From a virus: DNA of 64,000 bases. Below the pieces are notes generated by a model. It did no database searches and was not told where the DNA came from. It saw only the letters and a list, made by a program, of their open reading frames with translations. A program made the translations under genes and the position numbers. The DNA lies in the IMG/VR virus record IMGVR_UViG_3300012009_000091, positions 32,001 to 96,000 of that record; one strand, given 5' to 3'. Positions 57,702 to 64,000 of this stretch are shown here, piece by piece (positions within the stretch are counted from its first letter, which is position 1; every line of letters begins with the position of its first letter).

Positions 57702-58006
57702 ATGATCGGAAACTGACCCATATCGAATTTCCACATTGTATCATGGGGTCCTGGATAGAGGGTCCAGAGTCCTGCACGCTTGCCCACGATGGCCAGTATA
57801 TTGTCGTCCTGCGGGTTCAAGCCGGCTTCAAGGGCTAAGACTCGAATTGATTTCCCGGAGACGATTTGGAGCCTATTCTGAAGCGTCTCGACGAGATCCT
57901 CCGGCACTGGATCTTCGGGAAGAATGGCGAAGCGGTTAGGACCAACATGGTAGATCTTACCATGTTGTCCTGTTTGCACCCACGGGTGTGTACGTAGCCA
58001 GTTCAT
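57683..58006 (-). CDS. Hypothetical protein
   Basis: MNWLRTHPW...; start uncertain, no clear RBS. Confidence 0.45.
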   Translation of the reverse strand: MNWLRTHPWVQTGQHGKIYHVGPNRFAILPEDPVPEDLVETLQNRLQIVSGKSIRVLALEAGLNPQDDNILAIVGKRAGLWTLYPGPHDTMWKFDMGQFPIIQPGGP

Positions 58007-58068
58007 GTGAGAAGAATATCCGATAGAGGCTAAAAAGACCAGTTTGGGCTGGCCTTGGTAGGTAGGTA

Positions 58069-58245
58069 TTAGGGGCGGGACAGGGCTCTCCTGATCCCCG
58101 TCAGAGTAGCAGGTGGAGATGGCACCCGCGCTACCTGTCTTCCCTCGAGGAAGACGAGGATGTGGGTGCCGTCTTGCACTACTATGACCCGCTGACCGCG
58201 GATCTTGCGGGCCCAGCCCGCCCACTGAATTTTTTTACCTTCCAT
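58069..58245 (-). CDS. Small basic protein (58 aa)
   Basis: Below the track cutoff; GAGG RBS, MEGKKIQWAGWARK...; GTATAAG 32 nt upstream. Confidence 0.6.
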   Translation of the reverse strand: MEGKKIQWAGWARKIRGQRVIVVQDGTHILVFLEGRQVARVPSPPATLTGIRRALSRP

Positions 58246-58276
58246 GGTATTTTCCTCTCTCTAGTCTTTATATATC

Positions 58277-58283
58277 CTTATAC
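58277..58283 (-). promoter_or_regulatory. GTATAAG motif overlapping the upstream stop codon
   Basis: 32 nt upstream of ATG 58245. Confidence 0.6.
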
Positions 58284-58760
58284 GACTTGCTGGATGTATT
58301 CGATGGGCGGCTCATGGTAAATGTTCCAGTGGTATAACAGCCGTTGTTTGTCTGCCATCCGTGGATTTTTCAACCGACCAGGATACCGACCGTCTCGTAC
58401 CCAAGCTTCCATCAATTCACGGGCAACTAGGATAACACCTGGTTCGTTCTCCAGCTCTTCTTCTGCCTCTTGGACAGCCTGGACGATTGTCGGGGTCAAT
58501 ACGTATTGAACTCGATGGATGGAGAACATCTTTGTGTTGTCCACTTCAGATTTCTTGCCGAGGGATAGCGCAATGCGGCGCTCTCGAGATACTCCAGGAA
58601 CAGTGATCCATTGTCCTGTTGCCAAGTCTTGTTTGTTGAAGCGGTATGAATGCTCCGAACTGAAGTTGGCAATCCAGAATCCCGCGCGTGTGCCGTTGTC
58701 TCGATTTTCCCTTACGCTCATATCTACCCAAATTTTGGGCATTTGATCTAGAGGTCTCAT
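58278..58760 (-). CDS. Hypothetical protein
   Basis: AAGGAG RBS; GTATAAG upstream. Confidence 0.7.
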   Translation of the reverse strand: MRPLDQMPKIWVDMSVRENRDNGTRAGFWIANFSSEHSYRFNKQDLATGQWITVPGVSRERRIALSLGKKSEVDNTKMFSIHRVQYVLTPTIVQAVQEAEEELENEPGVILVARELMEAWVRDGRYPGRLKNPRMADKQRLLYHWNIYHEPPIEYIQQVV

Positions 58761-58798
58761 TTCTATTCTCCTTTGTATTAGATGCGGACCGTCTTTGA

Positions 58799-58805
58799 CT
58801 TATAC
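58799..58805 (-). promoter_or_regulatory. GTATAAG motif
   Basis: 39 nt upstream of ATG 58760. Confidence 0.7.
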
Positions 58806-58810
58806 TAAGA

Positions 58811-58831
58811 GGGAAGGGAAAATCCCTTCCC
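58811..58831 (-). terminator. 9-bp hairpin, probable terminator of candidate ncRNA B
   Basis: GGGAAGGGA-N3-TCCCTTCCC followed by TCTT on the minus strand; short U tract. Confidence 0.5.
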
Positions 58832-58838
58832 CCTACGG

Positions 58839-58947
58839 GAGGAAACTACCACGCTGCTGACGAGCTTGAGTCGCACAATATGCGTCTCAATATGCTCAAG
58901 CCAACAGCGTTCTAGTTTCCTCGATGCTTGTCCTTGCGTGCTACCTA
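58839..58947 (-). ncRNA. Candidate ncRNA B, long irregular hairpin
   Basis: GAGGAAACTA/TAGTTTCCTC, ACGCTGTTGGC/GTCAGCAGCGT and CTTGAG/CTCAAG stems; own GTATAAG; no credible ORF. Confidence 0.55.
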
Positions 58948-58954
58948 CTTATAC
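58948..58954 (-). promoter_or_regulatory. GTATAAG motif (TGGTATAAGTAGG)
   Basis: 13-nt identity with the 59139 site. Confidence 0.65.
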
Positions 58955-58970
58955 CATAGTAGCTAACACG

Positions 58971-59138
58971 TCGGGAGGGGGACTCCCCCCAGGGTCCGCT
59001 CGGACCATCCCGGTGGCCGCGGAAAGCTTTGCAGCTGAGCGAACCTTAGTCTAGGGTTTTGCCGTTCATAACGACCGCATCCCCGAGCCGCACCGGGTCG
59101 GTAATCGGTACTCACTCCTCCCGAGTGATTTCACCCTA
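58971..59138 (-). ncRNA. Candidate ncRNA A, multi-stem
   Basis: Closing stem TCGGGAGG/CCTCCCGA, CCCGGTG/CACCGGG, hairpins GGTCC-GAGC-GGACC and GTCGTT-ATG-AACGGC; own GTATAAG. Confidence 0.5.
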
Positions 59139-59145
59139 CTTATAC
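59139..59145 (-). promoter_or_regulatory. GTATAAG motif (TGGTATAAGTAGG)
   Basis: Intergenic; heads candidate ncRNA A. Confidence 0.65.
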
Positions 59146-59160
59146 CACGGTGAGATGTGT

Positions 59161-59397
59161 TCAAAGTTTGTCAATTAGAATCCGTGTCAAGACCCACCCG
59201 CGCCAGCTGGCATCGTGGGATGTCTCGATGTTCTCATCCCACCCTATATTGATCTCTTCATGGCATCGAGGGCAGGTAATCACCGTTGAATGTCCTGGTT
59301 CTTTCCCAAATCCCCAATGGTCGTGGAAGGATTGCATGCACGAAGGACATGTGAACTCGTCTGTCGGATAGGAGATTGTCACATGTTTATGCATCAA
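59161..59397 (-). CDS. Small zinc-ribbon protein
   Basis: FTCPSC...ITCPRC. Confidence 0.65.
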   Translation of the reverse strand: MMHKHVTISYPTDEFTCPSCMQSFHDHWGFGKEPGHSTVITCPRCHEEINIGWDENIETSHDASWRGWVLTRILIDKL

Positions 59398-59725
59398 TCC
59401 CCGCGGAGAAGTCTTCGGCTTCTTCTTCGGTCTGTTGCATCTCTTGGATCACTTGTTCTTCATCTTTTTTCGCGGGCGGAGGTGGAGAATTTTTGACCAT
59501 CTCATAGAATACCATGAGCGCATTCCGAATGATGTGACTCTCGTTTCGTGCATTGGTGTTTGCTAACAGTTCACACAGAGCTTGATGTTCCATCTCGTTC
59601 AACGTAATTGTCATTGAGTAGGGATGTTGTCCTCGCTGCTTTTTCTTCTTCATCTCTTGTCGTCGACGTTTGAGTTTTCTCTTCGCGCCAGGTGGAGGGG
59701 CAGTGTGGGTGTTGTTCTCTGTCAT
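59387..59725 (-). CDS. Ribbon-helix-helix-like DNA-binding protein
   Basis: YSMTITLNEMEHQALCELL...NESHIIRNAL; AAGGAG RBS. Confidence 0.6.
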   Translation of the reverse strand: MTENNTHTAPPPGAKRKLKRRRQEMKKKKQRGQHPYSMTITLNEMEHQALCELLANTNARNESHIIRNALMVFYEMVKNSPPPPAKKDEEQVIQEMQQTEEEAEDFSAGIDA

Positions 59726-59823
59726 TGATCTACTCTCCTTCTTTGTGGTGTGGAGGGGCGGTAAAGGATAGACGTGTCTTACCTTTCACTTCTTATCCCT
59801 CTTACTCCAACGTCACCTTGACT

Positions 59824-60117
59824 TCACTTCTTAGCTCGTAGATTGTCATTCACTTCCGGCGGAGGGCCAGATACCATCTGTGGCCACCCTCCGGTTTTGA
59901 TGTACCAGTAGATGAGATTGCGAACAATTACCTCGGGCGCGATCTTCTCTCTCAATTCGATCCCTAAATCCTTCGCTTCTTTGTTCAGTCGGTGGGCATG
60001 TGAACGTAGTGCCCTCTCCCAACGGTGGGGAATGGGGACCTGTAAATCGAGTGTAAAAACCTCTTCAGTGTGTCTGATCGGCCCCAATAGTATGATATCT
60101 TCCGCTGAGTTCCTCAT
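59824..60117 (-). CDS. Small protein, possibly RHH-like
   Basis: LDLQVPIPHRWERAL...PEVIVRNLIYWYI. Confidence 0.45.
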   Translation of the reverse strand: MRNSAEDIILLGPIRHTEEVFTLDLQVPIPHRWERALRSHAHRLNKEAKDLGIELREKIAPEVIVRNLIYWYIKTGGWPQMVSGPPPEVNDNLRAKK

Positions 60118-60131
60118 GAGTGTAAGATACT

Positions 60132-60228
60132 CTTACAGTGAGCTTTACACAAGTCTGGAAAGTTCGCTTTGCGCCTAATTGAGATGCTTTTACAGGTAAT
60201 TTTACACAGAGGTTTACACCACAGTTTA
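60132..60228. repeat. (C/T)TTACA direct repeats with 12-bp period
   Basis: Copies at 60132, 60144 and 60189, 60201, 60213, (60225 partial); inverted TGTAAG at 60121. Confidence 0.7.
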
Positions 60229-60231
60229 TGT

Positions 60232-60238
60232 GTATAAG
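60232..60238 (+). promoter_or_regulatory. GTATAAG motif
   Basis: Heads the rightward accessory operon at a strand switch. Confidence 0.65.
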
Positions 60239-60334
60239 GCGGATGTTGAACGCCGGCTTGTGTTGCCTGCTTGGCAGCCGGATCCCCGGCGTTCTTCTTT
60301 ATCATGTAGACCAGTAAATCAAAGGAGAACATTG

Positions 60335-60748
60335 ATGGATGCAAGTACGACATTGGCCGTTACAGCTACGTTTGTACCCCCTGAGCGGGTACTGTCCCTT
60401 TTCCGAGCGGACGGGGTGGTGGTTCTTCATGGACTTTATATTGTCTCGCACGGAGGCAAGGCCAGAGGACCAGTGCAGTTGACTGTGGGAGATACGGAAA
60501 TCCTCTCTTCATCACAAGATCATCGGTGGGGTAATCATGAGCAGGTCAATGCCTGCTCTCCCGTACTGGTGTTAGATCAAGCTGAGATTATTTTCCGTAC
60601 GGAGTCTAGCACGTTGACCAGTACCACTTTCACCGTTCTCGCGTTGTACTCCCCGACGTCCGCGAAAGCGCGGCTGGTTAGGGTACCGCTTGAACCCACC
60701 AGACCTAAGCCTGATCCAGAGAAGGCAAGACGATTGCTTAGTCGCTAA
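60335..60748 (+). CDS. Hypothetical protein
   Basis: AAGGAG before MDASTTL. Confidence 0.6.
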   Translation: MDASTTLAVTATFVPPERVLSLFRADGVVVLHGLYIVSHGGKARGPVQLTVGDTEILSSSQDHRWGNHEQVNACSPVLVLDQAEIIFRTESSTLTSTTFTVLALYSPTSAKARLVRVPLEPTRPKPDPEKARRLLSR

Positions 60749-60778
60749 CCTCACGTCAACACAGAGAGAGATAGAACG

Positions 60779-61162
60779 ATGAAAATATCAATCGAGAGCG
60801 CAGAGAAGATCTTTATCGATGCGGGGTTCAAGAAAGACCATTGTGAGCATCTGGATTGTGAAGCCAGTTTCTACAGACGGGAGGAAACGGATGCTCCTAA
60901 ATGTCTGTGCAACGATCGGATTCCTGTTGTAGGAGTCGAACTATATGACATTCCCCATGGGAATTCCAATTACAGGTCTATTGCATTCGGTCTCACTGGA
61001 AAGGCCCCTTGTGGGTGGGTGCAGATCCGTGTCTACGGATTCGATCTCGATGACCAGGTCCTTGAACAGTACGAAAGATCGTCGTCGGCTCTTTTGGAAT
61101 CTTGGACTGCCTTGTTCCAACAGGCCGAAGGAGCAGACAACGATTGTAGAACTACGGAATAG
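60779..61162 (+). CDS. Hypothetical protein
   Basis: ORF in operon; CLCND motif. Confidence 0.6.
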   Translation: MKISIESAEKIFIDAGFKKDHCEHLDCEASFYRREETDAPKCLCNDRIPVVGVELYDIPHGNSNYRSIAFGLTGKAPCGWVQIRVYGFDLDDQVLEQYERSSSALLESWTALFQQAEGADNDCRTTE

Positions 61163-61180
61163 GACTGAGGACGGGAAAAT

Positions 61181-61456
61181 ATGCGTTGTGATTGTTCAGT
61201 GGATGTAGTCGAAGAGCCAACTCTCTATCGAGAGACGTGGCCTCGTGCTCGAAGACTTTATATGTGTTGTGAGTGTGGGGATAAGATCCACACGGGAGAA
61301 CAGTATCAGTGTACTACGGGTCTATGGGAAGATGAGTGGGCTACGTACCGTACTTGTATGCTGTGTGCGAAGATCCGAACTGACTATTGTGCTTGGGGGT
61401 GGGAATATGGACAGCTTGCTGAAGCACTCTGGGAATGCCTGGAGGTGGAGCTGTGA
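61181..61456 (+). CDS. Small Cys-rich zinc-binding protein
   Basis: RARRLYMCCECG..IHTGEQY...TCMLC. Confidence 0.7.
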   Translation: MRCDCSVDVVEEPTLYRETWPRARRLYMCCECGDKIHTGEQYQCTTGLWEDEWATYRTCMLCAKIRTDYCAWGWEYGQLAEALWECLEVEL

Positions 61457-61857
61457 TAAAGCTAGAAGAGTGTGACCGATTCATACATGCCGCAGGGGAT
61501 TTGGCACGTTCCATCGCACACATTAACCCGTTTGGGGGACAACCTGTAGGGGTGTTTGAAAAGCTCCCCGAAGAGACCCGAGCGTTAAATCTTCTGTGTG
61601 GAACTTCTACCGCCACATCTTACATTCGTCTGGGCTGTAGGATCAAAGACAGGTCCTTGCTTAATGAAGAGGAGCAAGAGACGGCGATCCTTACATTGGA
61701 TTTGGCTCCGGAGAATGAAAATCAGGGTATCTACCCGCCGTTCAGTCTTCCCTCTCAAGCAACTCAGCAAGCTGATCTCGTCGAGGAAGATCTTGGCGGG
61801 AGATATCGGATTCTGTTTGTGACGAATGCTCAGGCAATAGTCTGTACTATTCTTTAG
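61453..61857 (+). CDS. Hypothetical protein
   Basis: GGAGG RBS, GTGA overlap. Confidence 0.6.
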   Translation: MIKLEECDRFIHAAGDLARSIAHINPFGGQPVGVFEKLPEETRALNLLCGTSTATSYIRLGCRIKDRSLLNEEEQETAILTLDLAPENENQGIYPPFSLPSQATQQADLVEEDLGGRYRILFVTNAQAIVCTIL

Positions 61858-61867
61858 GAGGGCGAAT

Positions 61868-62935
61868 ATGGACGATCTCGTAGAACCAAGTGTGAAAGAT
61901 TTGATGACAGTTCTCGTCGACTTTGAGTTCGACGGTAAGAAATTGTTCATCTTCGAATATAAAGGACGGAAGTGTTGTCTCGCTCAGAATCTTGGAGAGG
62001 TTTTGGGATACGGCGAGAAGTCTCTGCCCCGGCGGTTGCTCGAGTGGGGTGATGAACTTGAACTCGGTGAGGATGTGGAAACCCTTACAGGAGAGGATTT
62101 GGCCACATTGAAGCAACTGGTAGCGGTATTCGCTACCGGTGGTTTTCTCGGTGCTAGAGCTGCTCAAGCACAGATCCTATACCGAGGCGGAATTCATCTA
62201 GTGCTGATGAAGACGAACAAACCGATCGGGAAGATGGTCCGGGAGGTTCTCAAGAAGGAGATCTTCCCAAAGCTCGAGGATGGGTATTCCATCGCTCAGA
62301 TCGGAACAGATGCTCAGACTGGATGTACAGATGAAATCTTCCGTGAATGGATTGGTGATCTCAAGATGACCAAGACTCTCCCGCAAGAAGTCTATGAAAG
62401 GCTGTTGATGTCTCTACATGCCGCCCGTCTCAACGCGGCTACGGGTGTGGAGATCGCCAACCATCCCATTCAAACATTGCTCTTTTCTCAAGAGGATGTG
62501 GAAAAGCCCGTTGCACGGCTTCATGATCATCAACGGAAACCCAATCCGGATCAGTGGCGGAGTGTTGGGGATATTGCCCGACGTTACGGCTATAAGGGGG
62601 CTGAGCTCATCCGAAGGATTCTTCAGGACGTCGGTCTTTACCAGGATCGAAGAGGTAAATGGATTGAGCTTGCAGGTGTTTCGTATCTGGATATGAACGA
62701 AGAACATGACCAACCATATCTTCGCTATCATCCAGGAGTAGTGTACGTAGTTCTGCTGGAGATCTGGAGGCGAAGTCGAAAGGACAAGCGGATGGATCAG
62801 GATATTCGGCGGAAACTCGAGTCAGGGAACACTACAATGTGGCCTATGACCACCGATGATTTCGTGAGGTGGGAAAAGAGCGTTCGAGTACAATTGCCCA
62901 AGAAGTTTCTTGAGGCAATCAAGGAGGAGATCTAG
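61868..62935 (+). CDS. Bro-N domain DNA-binding (antirepressor-like) protein
   Basis: FEFDG...LAQNLGEVLGY...LYRGGIHLVLMKTNKPIGK...EIFPKL. Confidence 0.75.
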   Translation: MDDLVEPSVKDLMTVLVDFEFDGKKLFIFEYKGRKCCLAQNLGEVLGYGEKSLPRRLLEWGDELELGEDVETLTGEDLATLKQLVAVFATGGFLGARAAQAQILYRGGIHLVLMKTNKPIGKMVREVLKKEIFPKLEDGYSIAQIGTDAQTGCTDEIFREWIGDLKMTKTLPQEVYERLLMSLHAARLNAATGVEIANHPIQTLLFSQEDVEKPVARLHDHQRKPNPDQWRSVGDIARRYGYKGAELIRRILQDVGLYQDRRGKWIELAGVSYLDMNEEHDQPYLRYHPGVVYVVLLEIWRRSRKDKRMDQDIRRKLESGNTTMWPMTTDDFVRWEKSVRVQLPKKFLEAIKEEI

Positions 62936-62974
62936 ATTTGCAGAGCAGCCGTTCCTCGCGTCTGCTCTTAGTGT

Positions 62975-62981
62975 GTATAAG
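62975..62981 (+). promoter_or_regulatory. GTATAAG motif upstream of thyX
   Basis: Follows hairpin AGAGCAG/CTGCTCT (62942-62968); about 35-45 nt before the possible thyX starts. Confidence 0.7.
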
Positions 62982-63026
62982 AATTTGTCTAGACAGCAGT
63001 TCACACGGAACAACATGGAGAAACAG

Positions 63027-64000
63027 ATGACGAAGGAACAGATGAATGATGAAGATCGGACTCTTCTGAGTAATTTCGTAACCAATGTCGAGGGCGATGT
63101 GTTCGCTCTAAAGAATCTGTCGCCGGAACTTCAGGCGGCCGTATTCGGTCGATACGCTCGCAGCTCTAAGGGAGCACGAACGTTGTTGGTGACGGAATTC
63201 CGCGACCAACTGACTGATCCGGAACAGAGTGAGCGGGCTCGAGAATTCAATAATCGTGTGTTCAACGAGTTCGGACATGCATCATTGTCTCAACTGTGCA
63301 CGGTTCATCTCGGAATCGAGGGCGTGAGCCAGATTGCCACGAAACTCATCGAGCGGAGTCGTCTCTGCAGCTACATGGAGCAGAGTACACGTGCCATCGA
63401 CTGGTCCAACAATCCGCAATACGTAGTCCCGTCCGAGCTCACTAATGTTGGGCTCGAGGAGCCGTACCTGGAAATCTGCGATCGTGCGTTTACCTGGTAC
63501 GCTAAGTGGATGCGTCGTTTACTAGATGCCGTCTACAACCCCCAGAAGAAGCGCCGTATAGACAAGTCTGCGGTGCTGGACATTGTACGCGGAGCTTTGC
63601 CGCTGAGTATCAAGAGCTCACTTGGCATGGTGGGTAGCGCACAGTCCTATGCATCGTTGATTTCGCGATTGTGGACTTCACCGTACGTTGAGGCAGTTGA
63701 GATCGGAGACAAAATATTCGATCAGTTGACACAGGTGGCTCCTACGTTCATGCGTCACACTAAAGACAGTGTGGGATTCCGTACACAGCGTGGTCAGTTC
63801 CTCCTCAACGAGGAGGATGATCTATTGGGTCCAGAGAGCGTGACCCTACAGGGTCCAAGTGTTCGGCTCATTGATTGGGACCAAGACTGGTTGCAGAAAC
63901 TGACGTCGGCCGTACTATTCGAGCGAGGTTATGGGCTCGAATACGGAAGACAGGCGGCCAACAAACTGACGTATGCCCAGGCCCTGAGGCTCGTGGAAGG
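63027..64000 (+). CDS. thyX: Flavin-dependent thymidylate synthase, long form, partial
   Basis: Not in the ORF track (runs off the edge). FVTNVEGDVFAL, GRYARS, EFGHASL, IERSRLCSYMEQSTR. Confidence 0.88.
   Translation, partial: MTKEQMNDEDRTLLSNFVTNVEGDVFALKNLSPELQAAVFGRYARSSKGARTLLVTEFRDQLTDPEQSERAREFNNRVFNEFGHASLSQLCTVHLGIEGVSQIATKLIERSRLCSYMEQSTRAIDWSNNPQYVVPSELTNVGLEEPYLEICDRAFTWYAKWMRRLLDAVYNPQKKRRIDKSAVLDIVRGALPLSIKSSLGMVGSAQSYASLISRLWTSPYVEAVEIGDKIFDQLTQVAPTFMRHTKDSVGFRTQRGQFLLNEEDDLLGPESVTLQGPSVRLIDWDQDWLQKLTSAVLFERGYGLEYGRQAANKLTYAQALRLVE

Noticed and set aside
58991-59015. tRNA, suggested by a D-arm-like GGTCCGAGCGG on the minus strand
   Set aside because: No anticodon arm, T-loop or acceptor stem in the required positions.
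58965-59115. GTG-initiated frame of about 50 codons inside candidate ncRNA A
   Set aside because: GGAGG is only 1 nt from the GTG and lies in a stem; extensive pairing fits an RNA better. Not fully excluded.
59792-59798. GGATAAG (and AGATAAG at 9080) as promoter variants
   Set aside because: One or two mismatches and atypical spacing; plausible but not supportable without a motif model.
1-64000. Alternative genetic code or stop-codon reassignment
   Set aside because: Long conserved genes are intact in the standard code, and TAA, TAG and TGA all end genes at tight junctions.

Overview
The whole window is part of a large, probably lytic, contractile-tailed (myovirus-like) phage genome read in the standard genetic code; no host housekeeping operon, integrase, tRNA or CRISPR array is visible. 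1-14.2 kb (minus strand) is a replication/recombination operon: RusA, Cas4-like nuclease, a second resolvase, a variant RecA, PolA, probable SSB, primase, DnaB, family-4 UDG and an SF2 helicase. 14.3-57.7 kb (plus strand) is the virion module: portal, a 2080-aa single-chain beta/beta' RNA polymerase, baseplate spike, terminase, an intein-containing prohead protease, core/scaffold proteins, capsid, neck, sheath and tube. 57.7-64 kb holds small accessory genes, candidate structured RNAs, a Bro-N protein and ThyX. Two systems stand out, both inferred from sequence patterns. (1) A K-x-(A/S/G) motif recurs through the head proteins, and a short 'F-x-x-(E/A)-(F/L)-E-K-x-A' leader is attached to unrelated small glycine-zipper proteins, suggesting a modular capsid-loading and cleavage tag for membrane-active cargo. 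(2) A GTATAAG motif precedes non-structural genes and two candidate ncRNAs, while near-consensus sigma70-type promoters precede the virion operons, suggesting a virion-delivered phage RNAP for early genes and host RNAP for late genes.
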